DNA of 64,000 nucleotides from Candidatus Portnoybacteria bacterium (lineage in GTDB: Bacteria; Patescibacteriota; Minisyncoccia; Portnoybacterales; GWB1-42-6), in the NCBI GenBank assembly GCA_016208745.1, contig JACQXN010000020.1, positions 9,062 through 73,061 of the forward strand, written 5' to 3'. A program made the translations under genes and the position numbers. Positions within the stretch are counted from its first letter, which is position 1, and each line of letters begins with the position of its first letter. Below, in pieces: positions 21,381 through 31,520 of the stretch. The notes under the pieces are model-generated. The model did no database searches and had not been told where the DNA came from. It saw only the letters and a list, made by a program, of their open reading frames with translations.

Positions 21381-23987
21381 ATGGATAAATATGACCCGAA
21401 AAAAGTAGAGCCCAAATGGCAGAAGTTTTGGGAGGAACATCCCGAGCTTTTTTCAGCCAAAGAAGATTCCAAGGGAAAAAAGGAATAGATTTTGGATATG
21501 TTTCCATATCCTTCAGGCGATGGTTTGCATACCGGGCATGTTGAAAGCTATACCGCAACAGATATCATTTCCCGTTATTGGCGTATGAAGGGAAAAAATG
21601 TTTTGCATCCGCAGGGCTTTGACGCTTTTGGTTTGCCGGCAGAAAACTTTGCCATTAAAACAAAGATTCATCCTTCGCAAACCACTCAAAAAGCAATTGC
21701 CACTTTCAAGCAGCAAATGAATATGCTCGGATTTTCCTATGATTGGTCGCGGGAAGTTAATTCGTCTGACCCAAAATATTATAAGTGGACACAATGGTTT
21801 TTTCTTTTACTTTACAAAAATGGTCTGGCATATAGGGGTAAAGCAAAAGTTAATTGGTGCAATTCTTGTCAAACGGTTTTGGCCAACGAACAGGCCGAAG
21901 GCGGAGTTTGCGAGCGATGCGGCAGTCCGGTTGTGCAAAAGGATTTGGAGCAGTGGTTTTTTAAAATTACTGATCTTATTGAATCCAAGGGCGCTACTTC
22001 CGGATTGCTACAGGGTCTTGATAAAATTGACTGGCCAGAATCAACCAAAGCCGGCCAGCGCAACTGGATAGGGAAGTCAGAGGGAGCGCAGTTTAAAATG
22101 GAAATTATAACCAGTACCACCCCGGCCTCCGGCCACCCCTCCTCAGCTGAGGAGGGGACGAAAGGGGAGGTGTTGGATTATATTGAAGTTTTTACAACGC
22201 GATTGGACACGGTTTTTGGGATGACTTTTGCCCTTATCGCTCCGGAACATAAGATTATCAACGAGCTTAAATCGCAAATTGAGAATTGGAGTGAGGTTGA
22301 AAAATATATTGAAGAGGCCAGGAAAAAATCAGAGTTGCAAAGAATTTCTGAAACCAAAGAAAAAACAGGAGTGGAAATAAAAGGCGTAAAAGTTATTAAT
22401 CCTTTTACCGAGCAGGAAATTCCGGTTTTTATTTCCGACTTTGTTTTAGCGCATTATGGAACAGGCGCTGTTATGGCCGTTCCCGGACACGACCAGCGCG
22501 ATTACGAATTTGCTAAAAAATTTAACCTGCCGATTATTGAAGTGATAAAAAGCGAGGACAGAAAATCATCAATTGAAAAGGAGGCATTTATAGAAGATGG
22601 GGTATTGGCTAATTCGCGCGAATACGACAATACAACTTCTGCAAAAGCACGCGAAAAATTAATTGAGTGGATCCAGAAAAATAATCTGGGCGAAAAGAAA
22701 ATTAATTACAAAATGCGCGATTGGTTGGTTTCGCGGCAAAGATATTGGGGCGCGCCAATCCCGATAATTTATTGTCCGCAATGTTGTCATTCCCGCCCCG
22801 CATCGCAGTACGGGGCGAATCTAGAAAACGAAAAATCTGGATCCCGGATCAAGTCCGGGATGACAGAATTTGAAATTACAGAGATTGACGGAAAAAAATA
22901 TGCGATGGTCCCCATTCCAGAAAAAGATTTACCAGTGCTTTTGCCTGATGATGTTGATTTTATGCCGCATGGCGAATCCCCTCTTTCAAAATCAAAAAAA
23001 TTTCACGATGTTTCGTGTCCAAAATGCGGAGAGAAGGCGAAAAGGGAGTCAGACACAATGGACACATTTGTCTGTTCCTCCTGGTATCATTTCCGTTATG
23101 CTGATCCGAAAAACGAAAAAGAATTTGCCAGCAAAGAGAAAATAGAGAAATGGTTGCCAGTTGATTTGTATGTTGGGGGCGCGGAGCATACGGTTTTACA
23201 TCTTTTGTATTCCCGTTTTTTTACCAAGGCCTTGCATAATCTCGGCTACATTGATTTTGACGAGCCGTTTTTAAAAATGCGGCATCAAGGAATAATTTTG
23301 GCTGAAGACGGCCAAAAAATGTCAAAGTCGCTCGGCAATGTTATCAATCCTGATTCGGTGGTGGCACAATATGGCGCCGATGCCTTACGGATGTTTGAAA
23401 TGTTTATGGGGCCGCTGGAAGATGCAAAACCTTGGAATACTAAGGGGATCACCGGGATCTATAGGTTTTTGGAGAAAGCATGGAGGATAAGCTTAAAGTT
23501 TAAAGTTAAAAGTGAAAAGTCAGGGCTAGAAGTTAAAAGTTTAATACATAAAACAATTAAGAAAGTTAGTGAAGACATAGAAAAATTAAAATTTAATACA
23601 GCTATCAGCGCATTAATGGTTTTGCTAAATGAGATTGAAAAAAACGAAGAAATGCCCATCGAGGTTTTTGAAAAGTTTTTAATTCTCCTTTCGCCCTTTG
23701 CGCCGCATATCTCAGAGGAGATTTGGTCACAGTTAGGTCATGAAGAAAGTATTTTTAAAGAAAAATGGCCTGAATATAATCCCGAATTAATTAAAGAAGA
23801 GATAATTGAGTTGATCATTCAGATTAACGGCAAGGTGCGCGATACGATTTCTGTGGCGGTTGATATTTCGGAAACTGACGCTAAAAAACTCGCGCTTGAA
23901 AGCGAGAAGATAAAAAAATATCTTTTGGGCAGAGAGCCAAAGAAAATTATTTTTGTTAAAGAGAAACTAATAAATATTGTATTGTGA
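21381..23987 (+). CDS. leuS: Leucyl-tRNA synthetase, with in-frame TAG at 21486-21488
   Basis: MDKYDPKKVEPKWQKFW N-terminus in frame with MFPYPSG..HTGH; GAVMAVP, SRQRYWG, KMSKS. Confidence 0.93.
22116..22170. repeat. Family A-like hairpin in-frame inside leuS
   Basis: CCCCTCCTCAGCTGAGGAGGGG palindrome, compare 58381 and 62719. Confidence 0.85.
22785..22865. repeat. Family B palindrome in-frame inside leuS
   Basis: TGTCATTCCCG...CCGGGATGACA, 81 bp. Confidence 0.88.
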
Positions 23988-24302
23988 TTTTCAGTTTTTT
24001 ATATAAAAAGATTGACTTTAAAGTGCTATTGCGATAGATATAACATAAAGGGAGCAAAAATCGGTATCTGTTGCATGGGGCGTGTGGAAATAAGCAAAAT
24101 GAGAAGTCCCGGGCTAGTATCGTTTTGCAAAACTTCCATAATCTTGCTGGAGGCCAGGCGCATTTATTGCGGCTGTTGCCGAAAAAAAGAGTGCATGAAA
24201 GATTTTGCCGGTTAATCTCCTCTCTCCCTTCCCCCTTGCATCAACAAGGGGGATTTTCATTTGTATTTTTAGCGAGATTGAGGATATAATTGATTTAAAG
24301 AT

Positions 24303-24947
24303 ATGGACGTTATTAAAATCAACCCCGAAAATTTAAGGCCTTCGCGATACGGCATAGAAAAAGCCGCCGAAATTATTTTGCGCGGCGGGGTAGTTGTAAT
24401 TCCTACAGACACTGTTTATGGTTTGGCGGCTGACGCGACAAAAGAGTATGCTGTCAAAAAGATTTTTAAAATAAAAAAAAGACCGGAAACCAAGCCTGTG
24501 CCTTTGATTGTCCGCGACTTAGAAATGGCAAAAAAACTGGCGTTTGTCGATAAAAGGCTTGAAAGAATTTTAAACCTTATCTGGCCGGGCGCCATCACGG
24601 CTATTTTGCAAAAAAAATTTAATTTGCCAGAAATTGTGACAGCCGGGAAAAGAACGATTGGCCTGCGGATTCCAGATTATAAACTAATTCATTTTTTGAT
24701 TGAAGAGATTGGCCGGCCTCTTACTGCCACTTCCGCTAATATTTCCAGTCAGCCGCCATCAAATAAAATTGAGGATGTTTTAAGCCAATTTCGAAACGAA
24801 TTTTTTCGGCCGGATTTGGTTTTGGATGCTGGCGATTTGAAATGTTGTGAACCTTCAACTGTTCTTGATTTATCAACTGATCAGCCAAAAATTATCAGAA
24901 TTGGGCCAGCTAGCCCTAAGAAGTTGATGGAGATACTTTCAATATGA
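24303..24947 (+). CDS. tsaC: Threonylcarbamoyl-AMP synthase (YrdC/Sua5 domain)
   Basis: PTDTVYGL, K.RP..KP, WPG, TSANIS. Confidence 0.93.
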   Translation: MDVIKINPENLRPSRYGIEKAAEIILRGGVVVIPTDTVYGLAADATKEYAVKKIFKIKKRPETKPVPLIVRDLEMAKKLAFVDKRLERILNLIWPGAITAILQKKFNLPEIVTAGKRTIGLRIPDYKLIHFLIEEIGRPLTATSANISSQPPSNKIEDVLSQFRNEFFRPDLVLDAGDLKCCEPSTVLDLSTDQPKIIRIGPASPKKLMEILSI

Positions 24948-24954
24948 TTTTCAT

Positions 24955-25146
24955 GCCGCTTTTTTGGCAGCAAAAAAGCGGCGGAAAAAACTGCGCCCAG
25001 AGCGTAAAAATTTAATAAAATCGGATTCGCCTCGCTAAATTTGCTATCCACAACGCCCCAACCTTACGGTCGGGGCCCCACCACAGCACGCAAATTTTAC
25101 GCTTGGCTCATCGCGATTTTATTAATAAATTTTTCGCTATAGGCGG
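24955..25146 (+). repeat. Family F structured repeat, copy 2
   Basis: GCCGCTTTTTTG/CAAAAAAGCGGC plus long stem with TCGCTAAATTTGCTAT...CACGCAAATTTT. Confidence 0.85.
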
Positions 25147-25154
25147 TGAATTAA

Positions 25155-25697
25155 TTGGATTATTTAATCTTTCAGTATTTCAACAATCTTGCTGGGCAAT
25201 ATAAGATAGTCGCTGATTTGGCGATTTTTTTTGCTCGCTTTTTCCAATATTTTTTAATTGGCGGAGCGATTCTATTTTTGCTGGCGAGGAAAAATAAACT
25301 AGGCAGGATAAAAAGTTTTAAAATTATCATTTTGTCTTTTGCGGCGGCCTTAGTTTCCCGTTTTATTTTCGCCGAAATTATTCATCTTTTTTGGTCTAGG
25401 CCCCGACCATTTTTAAGCCACGAAGTTTATAAATTAATTCCTGTTTTAACGGACGTCTCTTTTCCTTCGGGCCATATGTCGTTTTTATTCGCTTTTAGCG
25501 TTGCCGCATATTTATTAATTAAAAAAACCGACCCCTCAATTAAATGGGTCGGCTGGCTGCTTTTTTCAGGCAGTTTTTTAATCGGCATTGCCAGAATTTT
25601 TTCTGGAGTCCACTATCCTTCAGATATTCTAGCAGGCATTATTTTAGGGATTCTGGTGGGGTGGGGAAGCTATGTAATATTCAAAAAATGGTGGTAG
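25155..25697 (+). CDS. PAP2 family phosphatase (BcrC-like undecaprenyl-PP phosphatase)
   Basis: RPRPF, SFPSGH, ARIFSGVHYPSD. Confidence 0.92.
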   Translation: MDYLIFQYFNNLAGQYKIVADLAIFFARFFQYFLIGGAILFLLARKNKLGRIKSFKIIILSFAAALVSRFIFAEIIHLFWSRPRPFLSHEVYKLIPVLTDVSFPSGHMSFLFAFSVAAYLLIKKTDPSIKWVGWLLFSGSFLIGIARIFSGVHYPSDILAGIILGILVGWGSYVIFKKWW

Positions 25698-25717
25698 GGG
25701 ATTAATATGTTAGCTTT

Positions 25718-26863
25718 CTATCCAAAGAGTAACTTTTTCAAAATAACATCCGGCCTGAGCCGTTTTTTTAATTCAAAAAATGTTTTATCGCCTCGAATCA
25801 CCCGGCAGAATGTATTCCAGGAGCGATCGTTATTTTTTAAGACATTAAAGACAAACGAAGATATAGGCATAAGTATTCCAGAAAGTTTTTTTGAAGCTTT
25901 AAGTTCCGGCATAATCTGTTGGTTGATGTCGGTTTCGTAATCCCCGATAGCTTTTTTATGTCCTTCAAAAAATCTTTTTATTTGTTTGGCCGCGATTTTG
26001 GCGCTTTTAATAGCATAAAAAATTCCTTCGCCCGTCCAATAATCTACTAACCCCGCTGCTTCGCCAACCAAAAGCGCCTGTTTGGCAGTAATGGGTTTTC
26101 CGCTTGTGCGGTGATTAAATAAGTGGCCAGTTAGATTCAGGTTATCCGTTTTGACTCCTAGATATTTTAATAGTTCAAAAAGATACAATTTTAATTGCTG
26201 GCCGGAAGTTATTGGTCCGCCAACGCCAATTGAGAATAAATCGCTTTTTGGAAATACCCAGCCATAGCAATGCTTTATGGTCCCCAAATCAAGGAAAATC
26301 GTTTGGGCGTTAAGGGCAGAATAATTTTTTGCTAGACTGGCCGGAATTTCAACCTGGATGGCCACTCCCATAAAATCAATTGGGTTTAACCCAATGTTTT
26401 TGGCAACGAAACTATCTGCGCCGTCAGCGCCAACTAAAATTTTTCCTTGAAAAAAGTTAGTAGATGTGTTTATTTGCCAATTATCTTTTTCAAAAAATAT
26501 GTTTTCTATCCTCTGGCCATCAAAAAATTCAGCACCAGCCTCTTTTGCCTTTTGAACTAAAAAATCATCAAATTTTTCCCGTTTAATCATAGCAACCAGG
26601 CGCTTATCGTAGCTTCTTGTAAATTCTTTTTTAAGGCCATGAGCTAGGGTAATTTTGGAAATTTCGCATTCAATAATCGAGCTAATATCAAAGGGGAGGA
26701 CACTAAAGACCCTGTTGCTTAATCCGCCGGCGCAAACTTTTTTTCTCGGAAATTTTTCTTCATCAATAAGCGCGACTTTGAGTTTTGATTGCGCGAGATA
26801 AAAAGCCAGCGAAGATCCTGCTGGCCCAGCGCCGACGATTACTATGTCGTAATTTTTGTCCAT
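25718..26863 (-). CDS. Geranylgeranyl reductase family FAD oxidoreductase
   Basis: GAGPAGS, FPR.K.CAGG, GADG, YGWVFPK, GEAAG...GEGI. Confidence 0.9.
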   Translation of the reverse strand: MDKNYDIVIVGAGPAGSSLAFYLAQSKLKVALIDEEKFPRKKVCAGGLSNRVFSVLPFDISSIIECEISKITLAHGLKKEFTRSYDKRLVAMIKREKFDDFLVQKAKEAGAEFFDGQRIENIFFEKDNWQINTSTNFFQGKILVGADGADSFVAKNIGLNPIDFMGVAIQVEIPASLAKNYSALNAQTIFLDLGTIKHCYGWVFPKSDLFSIGVGGPITSGQQLKLYLFELLKYLGVKTDNLNLTGHLFNHRTSGKPITAKQALLVGEAAGLVDYWTGEGIFYAIKSAKIAAKQIKRFFEGHKKAIGDYETDINQQIMPELKASKKLSGILMPISSFVFNVLKNNDRSWNTFCRVIRGDKTFFELKKRLRPDVILKKLLFG

Positions 26864-26879
26864 TGAGGAATGAAGCTAG

Positions 26880-26963
26880 TGCCGCTGGTCGGAGTCGAAC
26901 CGACATGAGCTTGCGCTCACAGCATTTTGAGTGCTGCGTGTCTGCCAGTTTCACCACAGCGGC
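26880..26963 (-). tRNA. tRNA-Leu(CAA)
   Basis: GCCGCTG acceptor stem; anticodon arm CAGCA-CTCAAAA-TGCTG; long variable arm; GGTTCGACTCC T-arm; CCA not encoded; upstream TTGACA-17-TAAGAT. Confidence 0.96.
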
Positions 26964-27039
26964 GCGACCTTCTTTAGATTTATCTTATTTGGATAACTGC
27001 TATTTGTCAATTTGGATAGTTGAAGTATAATAGACTTAA

Positions 27040-27804
27040 ATGGCCAAAATTATTTCATTTATCAATCAAAAGGGAGGCGTTGGGAAAACGACCTCGGCTG
27101 TTAATTTGGCAAGTTATTTAGCCGCGCTTGGTAAATATGTTTTGTTAGTTGATTTAGATCCGCAAGCCAATGCTACAGCTGGTCTTGGTTTTGAGCCAGA
27201 AAGCCTGGAAAGAAGTCTTTATCATAGCTTGCTTGGCCAGGCACACCCTTTGGAATTAGTTAAAAAGACCAATCTTTTCGGTTATGAGTTGATGCCTTCT
27301 TCTTCGGATTTGGCCGGAGCGGCAGTGGAGCTAGTTTCTATTCCCAATCGAGAGTTTAGGCTTTACGAACTTTTAAATAGCATCCGGACTAACTATGATT
27401 ATATAATAATTGATTCGCCGCCAAGTCTGGGACTTTTAACAATTAATGGTTTGGTAGCGGCAGATGAGGTTATCGTTCCGGTGCAGTGCGAATATTATGC
27501 TTTGGAAGGGTTAGGGCAACTTTTAAAAACCGTTAATTTAATTCAGGAAAATTTAGGCAAGGATTTAAAGATTAAGGGCGCGCTCTTAACGATGTTTGAT
27601 AAACGTAATAAACTTGCTCAACAAGTAGCTAAAGAAGTGCGTTTGCATTTTCCCGGCTATGTTTTTGAATCAGTTATTCCCCGTTGTATCAGACTGACCG
27701 AAGCGCCGAGTTTTGGCCGAACAATCCTGCAATACGATCCATCTTCCAAGGGCGGAAAAGCATATAGGCAACTAGCAGAAGAATTTTTGAGAATGGAAAG
27801 TTAA
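27040..27804 (+). CDS. parA: Chromosome partitioning ATPase ParA/Soj
   Basis: NQKGGVGKTT, DLDPQANAT, VQCEYYALEG. Confidence 0.96.
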   Translation: MAKIISFINQKGGVGKTTSAVNLASYLAALGKYVLLVDLDPQANATAGLGFEPESLERSLYHSLLGQAHPLELVKKTNLFGYELMPSSSDLAGAAVELVSIPNREFRLYELLNSIRTNYDYIIIDSPPSLGLLTINGLVAADEVIVPVQCEYYALEGLGQLLKTVNLIQENLGKDLKIKGALLTMFDKRNKLAQQVAKEVRLHFPGYVFESVIPRCIRLTEAPSFGRTILQYDPSSKGGKAYRQLAEEFLRMES

Positions 27805-27810
27805 ATTTTG

Positions 27811-27963
27811 CTACGGAATACAGATAAGTACAGATATACGGATAAAAACAAAATCCACCCCGCCCCTCCTTTAAAAAGGAGGGAGATTCCTCCCTTTGAA
27901 AAAGGGAGGGTAGGAGGGATTTGGATTTAATCTGTATATCTGTAATAAATCCATAATCCGTAG
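27811..27963. repeat. Family C periodic inverted arms (ACAGAT/ATCTGT) enclosing a family A repeat (27851-27922)
   Basis: CTACGGAATACAGAT...ATCTGTA..ATCCGTAG. Confidence 0.85.
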
Positions 27964-27970
27964 AGAAATC

Positions 27971-28867
27971 ATGCAAAATATCGGCAAAGGCCTTCATTCA
28001 TTAATTCCGCCAAAATCAGCTTCCGGCGAAGTTTCTTTTCCGAAAATCTCCCAGCCTCTAAGGTCAAAAAAAGAGAGCGTTTTTAATGTCGAAACGAATA
28101 AAATTAAACCTAATCCCATGCAGCCGCGTCAGGAAATGGACAGAGAAGATTTGCAGGATTTAGCGGAATCAATAAAAGAACACGGCATTTTGCAGCCTTT
28201 GATTGTTACCAAATCTGTCAAGGATTTAGCCAAGGGGCAAGACGTTGAGTATACATTAATTGCCGGCCACAGGCGATGGGAGGCGGCTAAAATGATCGGT
28301 TTGCCGCATGTGCCAGTTATTATCAGGGACTCCACGGAGCAGCAAAAATTAGAATTGGCTTTAGTTGAAAATCTACAAAGGAGCGATCTAAATGGCCTTG
28401 ATAAGGCCAAAGCATTTAAGCGCTTAAGCGAGGAATTTGATTTAACGCATCAGGAAATCGCGCAGAAAGTTGGCAAAAGCCGAGAGCTGGTAACAAATAC
28501 CATCAGGCTTTTAAATCTTCCCCAGGAGATTAAAGATGGAATGATGGCGGGAAAAATTTCCGATGGTCATGCCAGAACCCTAGCTGGCATAAAAAGCCCG
28601 CAAGCGCAGAAGGCGCTTTATGACGAGATTATCAAAAACAATATGAATGTCAGGCAGGTTGAGCAGAGAGTGAGAGAAATTTCCGTTAAAGCTCATAGGC
28701 GGAAAGTATTTTTGGACCCGGAAATTAAAAAAATCGCCGGGGAATTAACGGCGTTTTTGGGAAACAAAACTGAAGTTAGGCGGGCGGGTATTGGCGGGAA
28801 AATAGTTATTGAATTTTCAGATAAAGGGGACTTAGAAAAAGTGATTAAAAAGATTTTAAAATCGTAG
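27971..28867 (+). CDS. parB: Chromosome partitioning protein ParB
   Basis: PNPMQPR, GILQP, AGHRRW, ENLQRSDL, HTH. Confidence 0.96.
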   Translation: MQNIGKGLHSLIPPKSASGEVSFPKISQPLRSKKESVFNVETNKIKPNPMQPRQEMDREDLQDLAESIKEHGILQPLIVTKSVKDLAKGQDVEYTLIAGHRRWEAAKMIGLPHVPVIIRDSTEQQKLELALVENLQRSDLNGLDKAKAFKRLSEEFDLTHQEIAQKVGKSRELVTNTIRLLNLPQEIKDGMMAGKISDGHARTLAGIKSPQAQKALYDEIIKNNMNVRQVEQRVREISVKAHRRKVFLDPEIKKIAGELTAFLGNKTEVRRAGIGGKIVIEFSDKGDLEKVIKKILKS

Positions 28868-28971
28868 AAGCCAATTCACGCAAGGCCGAATTCTAGAAGC
28901 CAATTCACGCCAAATTGGCGTTTCGTCTGGCTTATAGTATTTTATTTTGGCGTTTTGTTTATTGGCCTCTA

Positions 28972-30714
28972 CTATTTCCTCCACGACACCGGAATTAATC
29001 TTTCGGTGTTTTTTAGCTTTTTGATATTTGAACAGCTGATTTTGTGGACGGATATGCCGCGGTTTAAGGTTATATAACCAATTATTTCGTCGCCTACTTG
29101 AGGATGGCAGCATTTAGCAAAATTGGTTAAGATTCTTGTCTCGCCTTTGATTTCAACGGCTTGCAGAGGAAGTCTTTTTTTGCGAATGGGCGGCGGTTGA
29201 ATAATTTTAGGCGTTGGTTTAGCTTCTTCTATTTCTGGCTCCTGTAGCCCAATTATTTCGACTCTATTTCTCTTAAACCAATTTTTTATTTTGTTTCTGG
29301 CAAAATTTGTTTTAACAAAATTTAGCCAGTCGCGAGAGGGCTTTTCTTTGTTTTGGGTAACAATTTCCACAACCTGTCCATTATTAAGCGGCTGGTCTAA
29401 AGAAACAAGCTTTCCTTCAATTTTTGCGCCGACACACCGATGGCCAATGGCTGTATGGACGCGATAGGCAAAATCAATCGGCGTGGCTCCTTCTGGCAAA
29501 TCAATCAGGTCGCCCTTGGGGGTAAAAACAAAAATCTGGTCTTTGAATAAATCAATTTTTAGCGATTGAATAAATTGGGGGTCGGCTTCCTGCTCTTTCT
29601 GCCACTCCTGCAATTCCTTTACCCAAGTGAGCTCCTTTTCGGGCGGTTTATAAAAAAGCCGTTTGATATAAGCCATAAGCCCCTTTTGCTCTGAATAATA
29701 CCAATGAGCGGCGATGCCGTATTCGGCTTCTTTGTGCATTTCGGGCGTTCTAATTTGAAATTCCGTAATTTTTCCGCCCGGACAAAAGACGGTTGTGTGA
29801 AGCGATCGATAGCCATTCGGTTTTGGCAGAGCAATATAATCTTTTATTCTGCCGGGCAACGGCCGCCATAATTTATGGATAACGCCAAGCGCGGCATAGC
29901 AGTCATCTATATCTTTGACAAGAATTCGCAGCGCCACTAAATCATATATTTTATTTAAATCCATATCATAGCGCTGGAGTTTTTTAAAAAGACTAAAATA
30001 TCTCTTGGCGCGGGAATGAATTTCCAGCGGTACAACATTAATTTTTTCAAGCTCCCTTTTAATTATTGGCATCAATCTATTCAAATATCTATCCCGTTCT
30101 TGATATTTGTCTTTCACCTGATTAAGCAGCCATTTGTATTCCTGCGGGTAGACCAAAGGAAAAGCCGCATCTTCCAGCTCGCCGGAAATTTTCCGCATAC
30201 TTAAGCGGTAGGCAATAGGTGCATAAATTTCCAATGTCTCCTGGGCCAGCCTTCTTTGCTTTTCTTTATCAAAAACTGAAATTGTCTTTAAGCCATGCAG
30301 CCGATTAATTAATTTAATAATCACCACCCGGATATCTTTGGCGGTGGCCAAAAACAATTTTCTTAAATTTTCCATGCTGCGCTTAACTCCTTTATGCTCA
30401 ACCTTCCCAACATTGGTTACGCCCTCAACTAAAAACACAACTTCTTCTCCAAACTCTTTTTTTAGTTCCAGCCGGTTGACATCAGTTTTTTCCAAGGCTT
30501 CGTGAAGAAGGCCGGTTATGACAGAGGGAGAGCCTAAATTTATTTCTGCTAATTCCAAAGCGATTTCAGCACAATGGTCAATCATAGTTTGTCCGGAGAG
30601 CCTTTTTTTCTCATTGTAGATTTTTTTGGCATAATTAAAAGCCCGGCCGAGCTGGTCTTTGCTAAGCCTGGGATTTATCTGCTCTATTCGCATTAAAAAT
30701 TCTTCTTTTTCCAT
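28972..30714 (-). CDS. RelA/SpoT family (p)ppGpp synthetase
   Basis: YAPIAYRL, DLVALR, KDYIA.PKPNGYRSLHT, EFQIRT, TGS domain, CC..C region; no ACT domain. Confidence 0.93.
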   Translation of the reverse strand: MEKEEFLMRIEQINPRLSKDQLGRAFNYAKKIYNEKKRLSGQTMIDHCAEIALELAEINLGSPSVITGLLHEALEKTDVNRLELKKEFGEEVVFLVEGVTNVGKVEHKGVKRSMENLRKLFLATAKDIRVVIIKLINRLHGLKTISVFDKEKQRRLAQETLEIYAPIAYRLSMRKISGELEDAAFPLVYPQEYKWLLNQVKDKYQERDRYLNRLMPIIKRELEKINVVPLEIHSRAKRYFSLFKKLQRYDMDLNKIYDLVALRILVKDIDDCYAALGVIHKLWRPLPGRIKDYIALPKPNGYRSLHTTVFCPGGKITEFQIRTPEMHKEAEYGIAAHWYYSEQKGLMAYIKRLFYKPPEKELTWVKELQEWQKEQEADPQFIQSLKIDLFKDQIFVFTPKGDLIDLPEGATPIDFAYRVHTAIGHRCVGAKIEGKLVSLDQPLNNGQVVEIVTQNKEKPSRDWLNFVKTNFARNKIKNWFKRNRVEIIGLQEPEIEEAKPTPKIIQPPPIRKKRLPLQAVEIKGETRILTNFAKCCHPQVGDEIIGYITLNRGISVHKISCSNIKKLKNTERLIPVSWRK

Positions 30715-30953
30715 GGCATATTAATAGTGTAAAATTCTTAACCTGCCCGCTAAAGCTTGTTTGGCGCATGCGGGCGAGTTCGCCCATGCGAATAAAATCC
30801 GAGTCATCCGGGTGTAATCCGGATAATCAGGGTCGCCTTGAAAAACATTGACAATCTTGACGAAAAGCCTATAATTATATGATAAAAGAGAGTCAGTTCC
30901 TTTCAAAAAACTTAAAAATTGCTGATAAAGAAGTATAACACGGAGGTGTAAAA

Positions 30954-31469
30954 ATGGGCAAAGAAAGGGTTTCTGCTGCTCCTGTGGCAGTAGGATTTAT
31001 TAGAAATCCCAAAAGCGAATTATTGCTTGTTGGAAGATTGAATTTATTAACGCTTCCGACCGGCCATATGAAGCCGGGCGAAAAAAGCTTAAAAGAAACA
31101 CTCGTGCGGGAAATGGTTGAAGAACTAAGCATAAAACCTGATCAGATTAAAATTACAGAATCTCTCGGAACACTCTTTCGTGACAATGGCAGTGGACTAA
31201 AGGTCTTTGAGATTTTTTCTTGTAAAATAGGGCAAGGAACAGCGGATGAGGTTAGATACAAGGAAGATGGAGAAGTAATTCATATGTGGCTGACTCCGGC
31301 ACAAGCTATAAGATCTAGCGCATTAGATCCGCTGGCAAGAGAAGCCATCAGTATGTTTATCAAGAAATATCCAAGATACACAGGTCCGCAGAGCAATAAG
31401 GAGGGGTCATGGAGAAAGAGAGATTTACAAGATCAGGGAGCAAGAGGCCAGAGAGCCGTCAATTTTTAA
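30954..31469 (+). CDS. NUDIX hydrolase-like orphan cassette
   Basis: Nudix box G.....GE......LVREMVEEL; own TTGACA-16-TATAAT (30848-30875), GGAGG SD, terminator 31491-31525. Confidence 0.75.
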   Translation: MGKERVSAAPVAVGFIRNPKSELLLVGRLNLLTLPTGHMKPGEKSLKETLVREMVEELSIKPDQIKITESLGTLFRDNGSGLKVFEIFSCKIGQGTADEVRYKEDGEVIHMWLTPAQAIRSSALDPLAREAISMFIKKYPRYTGPQSNKEGSWRKRDLQDQGARGQRAVNF

Positions 31470-31520
31470 AACTTTATCAGCAAAAAACAGGGCCTCGATT
31501 AATTTTAAAATCGAGGCCTT

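Noticed and set aside
16603-21488. Genome-wide stop codon reassignment (TAG, or code 25 TGA=Gly)
   Set aside because: TAG ends parB, ftsA, yqeY, PAP2 and others at the expected positions, TGA ends tgt, leuS and tsaC, and no pyrrolysine genes are seen.
26880-26963. tRNA-Leu as a prophage or island integration site
   Set aside because: No duplicated tRNA 3' end and no integrase seen in the window.
28865-28910. 17-bp direct repeat TAGAAGCCAATTCACGC after parB, as a possible att site or parS
   Set aside because: Only 12 bp apart, no integrase nearby, and not the parS palindrome; most likely a local duplication at a terminator hairpin.
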